A stretch of DNA of 10,274 nucleotides from assembly GCA_045863855.1 (NCBI GenBank), contig BTVV01000176.1, forward strand, positions 1-10,274. Direction: 5' to 3'. Under the pieces are notes generated by a model that ran no database searches, was not told where the DNA came from, and was given only the letters and a program-made list of their open reading frames with translations. The position numbers and the translations under genes are program-made. This document shows positions 7,182-10,274 of this stretch, one piece after another (positions within the stretch are counted from its first letter, which is position 1; every line of letters begins with the position of its first letter). The DNA comes from Planctomycetota bacterium. GTDB taxonomy: Bacteria > Planctomycetota > SZUA-567 > H5-PLA8.

Positions 7182-7874
7182 ATGTCACATGCAACTGCCT
7201 TAGCATGCCCGCCCCTCGAATCCGCCCCCAATTTCGAGGACTTGCTGCCCGAACTTTCCTCCCGCCTCGCGCGCATGACAAAAAAGCTACCTAAACGCAT
7301 CCGCGATGCGGCATTCGACGACGCCTTAGGCGCCGCATGGCTGAATTTTTCCAGCGCGAGCCGACGTGGCAACCGATTGAGTGCGAAGGCTTTGGGCTGG
7401 GCGGCCTGTAAGCACCTCAAGAATCGTTCGACGATCACGGCGCTGCACTATCCGTCTCGGCGTCCGGAGATTCCCGTGGCGCTGGACGAGGTTGCTGCCG
7501 ATCCCACTTCCAAACTCGCGCAATCGCTCACCACGGACGAGCATCAGAGCCCGTTCGAACGCGCACGCGTACGGTTCGACTGGCAGGCTTTTGCTCGAAC
7601 CCAGCCACCGCGCGTGCGCGTTATCCTGGCAGGCCTCGCGGAAGGCTACTCCAAGAGCGAGATCGCTCTGGGGCTTGGCATTTCGCGGGGGCGCTTGAGC
7701 CAATTACTCACCGAACTGGCCCATGAAATTCTGGCGTACGGCCACGCCGAGCCCCCGCCGCATCGACAAGGCGTTACATCCGTTACACACGAAACAATTT
7801 TGACCAATGATTCAGTGGAAATACCGGTCCCTTCCCGCCTATCGTCCAAGCCGTACCGGAACGCCACACGATGA
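7182..7874 (+). CDS. ECF-like sigma factor / sigma-70 region 4 HTH protein
   Basis: ATG at 7182 with SD GGAGG (7169-7173), inside listed ORF 6966..7874. Region-2-like segment RDAAFDDALGAAWLNF. Region-4-like segment FARTQPPRVRVILAGLAEGYSKSEIALGLGISRGRLSQLL (HTH about 7644-7709). Confidence 0.65.
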   Translation: MSHATALACPPLESAPNFEDLLPELSSRLARMTKKLPKRIRDAAFDDALGAAWLNFSSASRRGNRLSAKALGWAACKHLKNRSTITALHYPSRRPEIPVALDEVAADPTSKLAQSLTTDEHQSPFERARVRFDWQAFARTQPPRVRVILAGLAEGYSKSEIALGLGISRGRLSQLLTELAHEILAYGHAEPPPHRQGVTSVTHETILTNDSVEIPVPSRLSSKPYRNATR

Positions 7875-8128
7875 CGCTGCCCTCTAAACCCGTCGTGATC
7901 CGGCTCCCGGCGGAGGCCAACAAGAAGTTCGAAGCCCTCTGCCGGGAGTTCTCCGGACTGCCCAAATCCCAGGTCATGCGCCTGCTGATCGAGGCGCTCT
8001 TGAACGAGCCGTTGAGCGAACAAGTACAGGTCGTGACGAAGCAAATCCGCAAGCCCGGCACGAAGCCGGGCGTGACGAAGAAGCCTTCGGAGCGTTTCGA
8101 GGCGCTCAACACGAACCGGCGCCATTAG
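7871..8128 (+). CDS. Ribbon-helix-helix (CopG/Arc-like) DNA-binding protein
   Basis: 85 aa. KPVVIRLP strand followed by two helices (AEANKKFEALCREF, PKSQVMRLLIEALL). ATGA overlap with the upstream stop codon. Confidence 0.6.
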   Translation: MTLPSKPVVIRLPAEANKKFEALCREFSGLPKSQVMRLLIEALLNEPLSEQVQVVTKQIRKPGTKPGVTKKPSERFEALNTNRRH

Positions 8129-8136
8129 GGGGCAAT

Positions 8137-8709
8137 GTGGCCAAGCCGAAGAAGCAAAAGCAGAAGCATAAGAATCGCTTCAAGGCGCACGCGCGCTCGC
8201 GCATGCCGTTTCCTTCGTTAGCGCCCCCAGGGCACCAAGCCCTGTCGCCGGCGCCTGCTCCGGTGAAGTATGCTCCGGACAGTTCCGCGCACGAGCTGAC
8301 GGCAGAGAAGTTGGCGCGCGCCCAAGAACTCGTCCGCGAGCAGGCCGCGCACGTGAAGCCCGAGGAGATCGCGGGCATCGCGGACGGTGCGAAAGGCAAG
8401 GCCCAAGGCCTGGGTGCGTCGGGCTGGGACTTCATTGTCCTGCTCGGCAAGCAGGCCGGGCTGCTCTCCGAAATGCTCTACGACTGGGTAACGGGCAAGT
8501 ATCGGGCGCCCTGGCGCACCATCGCCGCGGCGGCTGCGGTGCTGGCGTATTTCATAAACCCGATCGACGTGATCCCCGACTTTATCCCCGTGGCTGGCTT
8601 TTTGGACGATGGGGGTGTCGTGGGCTTGACCTTCGGGCTGATCCGCGAAGACCTGCTGGAGTATTGCAAGTTCCGCGGCCTGGACCCCAAGGCATACGGC
8701 CTCGAATAG
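8137..8709 (+). CDS. DUF1232 / YkvA family protein
   Basis: Signature IAAAAAVLAYFINPIDVIPDFIPVAGFLDD preceded by LYDWVTGKYRAPWRT. GTG start with a G-rich SD at 8127-8132. Confidence 0.88.
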   Translation: MAKPKKQKQKHKNRFKAHARSRMPFPSLAPPGHQALSPAPAPVKYAPDSSAHELTAEKLARAQELVREQAAHVKPEEIAGIADGAKGKAQGLGASGWDFIVLLGKQAGLLSEMLYDWVTGKYRAPWRTIAAAAAVLAYFINPIDVIPDFIPVAGFLDDGGVVGLTFGLIREDLLEYCKFRGLDPKAYGLE

Positions 8710-8975
8710 CAGCGTGGCCGACGAGGCTGTATCCGGGACCACCCAGGAACCCCCATTACCCGCCTGGAACTTCATCCCTCCCTTCTTGGCCTGCCCGCTG
8801 AATTCCCCAAGGCCTCACGAGGCTGTGCCTGTTACCTCCGGCGCGGCCTGGCCTTATATGTTCCAGAAGCGCCAATTCGGAGATGGCACATAGAGTCATT
8901 TTCAAGCATGGGAGGGGCTATTTTTTGAAGTTCGCGGACGTTACAATTCGGACCGATCGACGTGGGGGGTGCTGC

Positions 8976-9653
8976 ATGGACGACAGCGATGTTCCCGAGG
9001 GCTTTGCGGATTTCGTGGCGGAGCGCGACGACGCCCTCAAGCCGCCGCGCCGCCCTTGCCCCAGCCAAATGCCCACGCACGAATGGCTCAAGGCGCTCGC
9101 GCGCGGCGGCCAGGCCGGAGCGCTCGTCGATGCTTTGTCGAGTAGATGGATGTCCTGCGTCGAGACTGCGAGCGAGAAAAAGCGCCTGCTAAACGAGGTC
9201 ATCAAGGCCAACTCCGACCGCGGCTTACCGGTTCTGATCGACGCCGTGTTCCGGGCGATGATCGAGTACGACGCGCAGCTCCTGCTCACGCGCCAGTTGC
9301 TGATCGCCGAGCAGATGGCTCAATACCACGGGCAGGAAGACGTAACCATCCGGCCGTCGCCTGCGGTGATCGAGGAATTGGGCAAACTTTTGCGCATGGA
9401 AATGCGGCTGGTCGATCTCTGTGAGCGGTACGCCCGAACTATGCACGTGCTGAAACTCGCCGGTTTTAAGCCACTGCTTCAGCCGCAGAATCCGGTGTCC
9501 TCCGCGCCGTACAGACCGCCCGTGCCTGAAACCCGCGCCCCCCAGTCCCCTCAGCCAACGACGACCTGTGCCCCGGAGATGTCAAATGCCTGTGTATCGA
9601 GACACGATCGGCCCGCCCGACCCGTTTCAGCCCCTGTCTGGACGCCAGCTTAA
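8976..9653 (+). CDS. Hypothetical helical protein
   Basis: Listed ORF 8883..9653; a likelier start is ATG 8976 after GGGGGG (8964-8969). Amphipathic helical core and a Pro-rich tail that overlaps the next gene. Confidence 0.6.
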   Translation: MDDSDVPEGFADFVAERDDALKPPRRPCPSQMPTHEWLKALARGGQAGALVDALSSRWMSCVETASEKKRLLNEVIKANSDRGLPVLIDAVFRAMIEYDAQLLLTRQLLIAEQMAQYHGQEDVTIRPSPAVIEELGKLLRMEMRLVDLCERYARTMHVLKLAGFKPLLQPQNPVSSAPYRPPVPETRAPQSPQPTTTCAPEMSNACVSRHDRPARPVSAPVWTPA

Positions 9654-10107
9654 GGAACTTCTCATCGATTTGCGTAGCATTTTGGAGCAAAATGGGATCG
9701 TCCAGAGGCGTGGCGACCATTTTAGGCTCCGGTACAGAGAGCTCGATCCTGAATCTGGTTTCAGAGTTCATCGTTCGATTTGGATCGGCCGAGATCCCTA
9801 CGAGGCCGGTGCGGTTGCCGCCTTATTACGGCGCTGGAAGGACGAACGCAAAGCGCGTTTGGCTCTCGCGGAGCAGCGTCGCGTCGCGGAGGCCAAGAAC
9901 AAACGCCGCCAGGCTTTAGCACGCGCCAGAGAGCGTCTAATCCTGGGCTTAATGAGCGGCGGCGGACGCGACCATATTCGGGAAGTGATCCGCGAGTTCG
10001 ATGCCGCCGCCGCTAAAGGGACATGGGCTGCCCTGGAGTTTGTCAACGATTTCGCGCGCCGGTCGCCGCCCCAAGCGGGTCGGAAAACAGCGATGTGTTT
10101 GTGGTAG
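9586..10107 (+). CDS. Hypothetical basic protein, possibly nucleic-acid binding
   Basis: ATG at 9586 with SD GGAG (9575-9578), inside listed ORF 9568..10107. The segment FRLRYRELDPESGFRVHRSIWIG is followed by a long Arg/Ala-rich helix. Confidence 0.6.
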   Translation: MPVYRDTIGPPDPFQPLSGRQLKELLIDLRSILEQNGIVQRRGDHFRLRYRELDPESGFRVHRSIWIGRDPYEAGAVAALLRRWKDERKARLALAEQRRVAEAKNKRRQALARARERLILGLMSGGGRDHIREVIREFDAAAAKGTWAALEFVNDFARRSPPQAGRKTAMCLW

Positions 10108-10274
10108 ATGCTACCGGGGCACGCATGTGAGTCGCTCCGGCAGGATTTCTGGAAAAGTGCGCGCTCTATTAAAGAGTGTACGTGGCGCGCAGGTTCGACC
10201 GTCCGTGAGCCTCGTTCTGGGGCCTGAATTTTCGTAGCCTAACGTACTCCCTAAAACGGATTCGGATTTAGGTC

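Larger units (their letters stand above)
1..10274 (+). mobile_element. Internal part of a putative integrative or satellite-like element; boundaries not visible
   Basis: Co-oriented regulator, small HTH, primase-helicase, ori-like repeats, PolA and accessory genes. No housekeeping genes. No integrase or att site was identified in the window. Confidence 0.55.

Noticed and set aside
3694..8820. 12-bp direct repeat AAGGCCTCACGA at 3694 and 8809
   Set aside because: One copy lies inside a coding region, and a few 12-mer matches are expected by chance in 10 kb.
686..10107. Frequent TAG stops (6 of 10 genes) suggesting stop-codon recoding
   Set aside because: Genes are full length under the standard code. 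Read-through of the PolA TAG meets TGA two codons later.
10186..10206. GGTTCGA resembling a tRNA T-loop or att remnant
   Set aside because: The flanks do not form a T-stem and there is no acceptor arm or CCA.
10251..10272. Short CCTAAA...TTTAGG inverted repeat near the window end as an element terminus
   Set aside because: Only 6 bp, at the window edge, with no convincing counterpart at the left end.

Overview
GC-rich bacterial accessory region with about ten genes, all on the + strand. It reads as part of an integrative or satellite-like mobile element. In order: (1) a more AT-rich regulator-like ORF with a C-terminal HTH, possibly open at the 5' window edge, followed by an operator-like palindrome; (2) a small HTH/excisionase-like protein; (3) a 907-aa Toprim-type primase fused to a P-loop (AAA+/SF3-like) helicase; (4) a symmetric nested inverted-repeat/iteron region, a likely replication origin; (5) a divergent family A DNA polymerase with 3'-5' exonuclease, no 5'-3' exonuclease and large insertions; (6) a small hypothetical gene, an ECF/sigma-70-region-4-like protein, a ribbon-helix-helix protein, a DUF1232/YkvA protein and two overlapping hypothetical genes. 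No integrase, capsid, terminase, tRNA, rRNA or CRISPR array is visible. The most notable item is the compact primase-helicase / origin / PolA replication module. All calls come from reading motifs by eye; no database searches were run.
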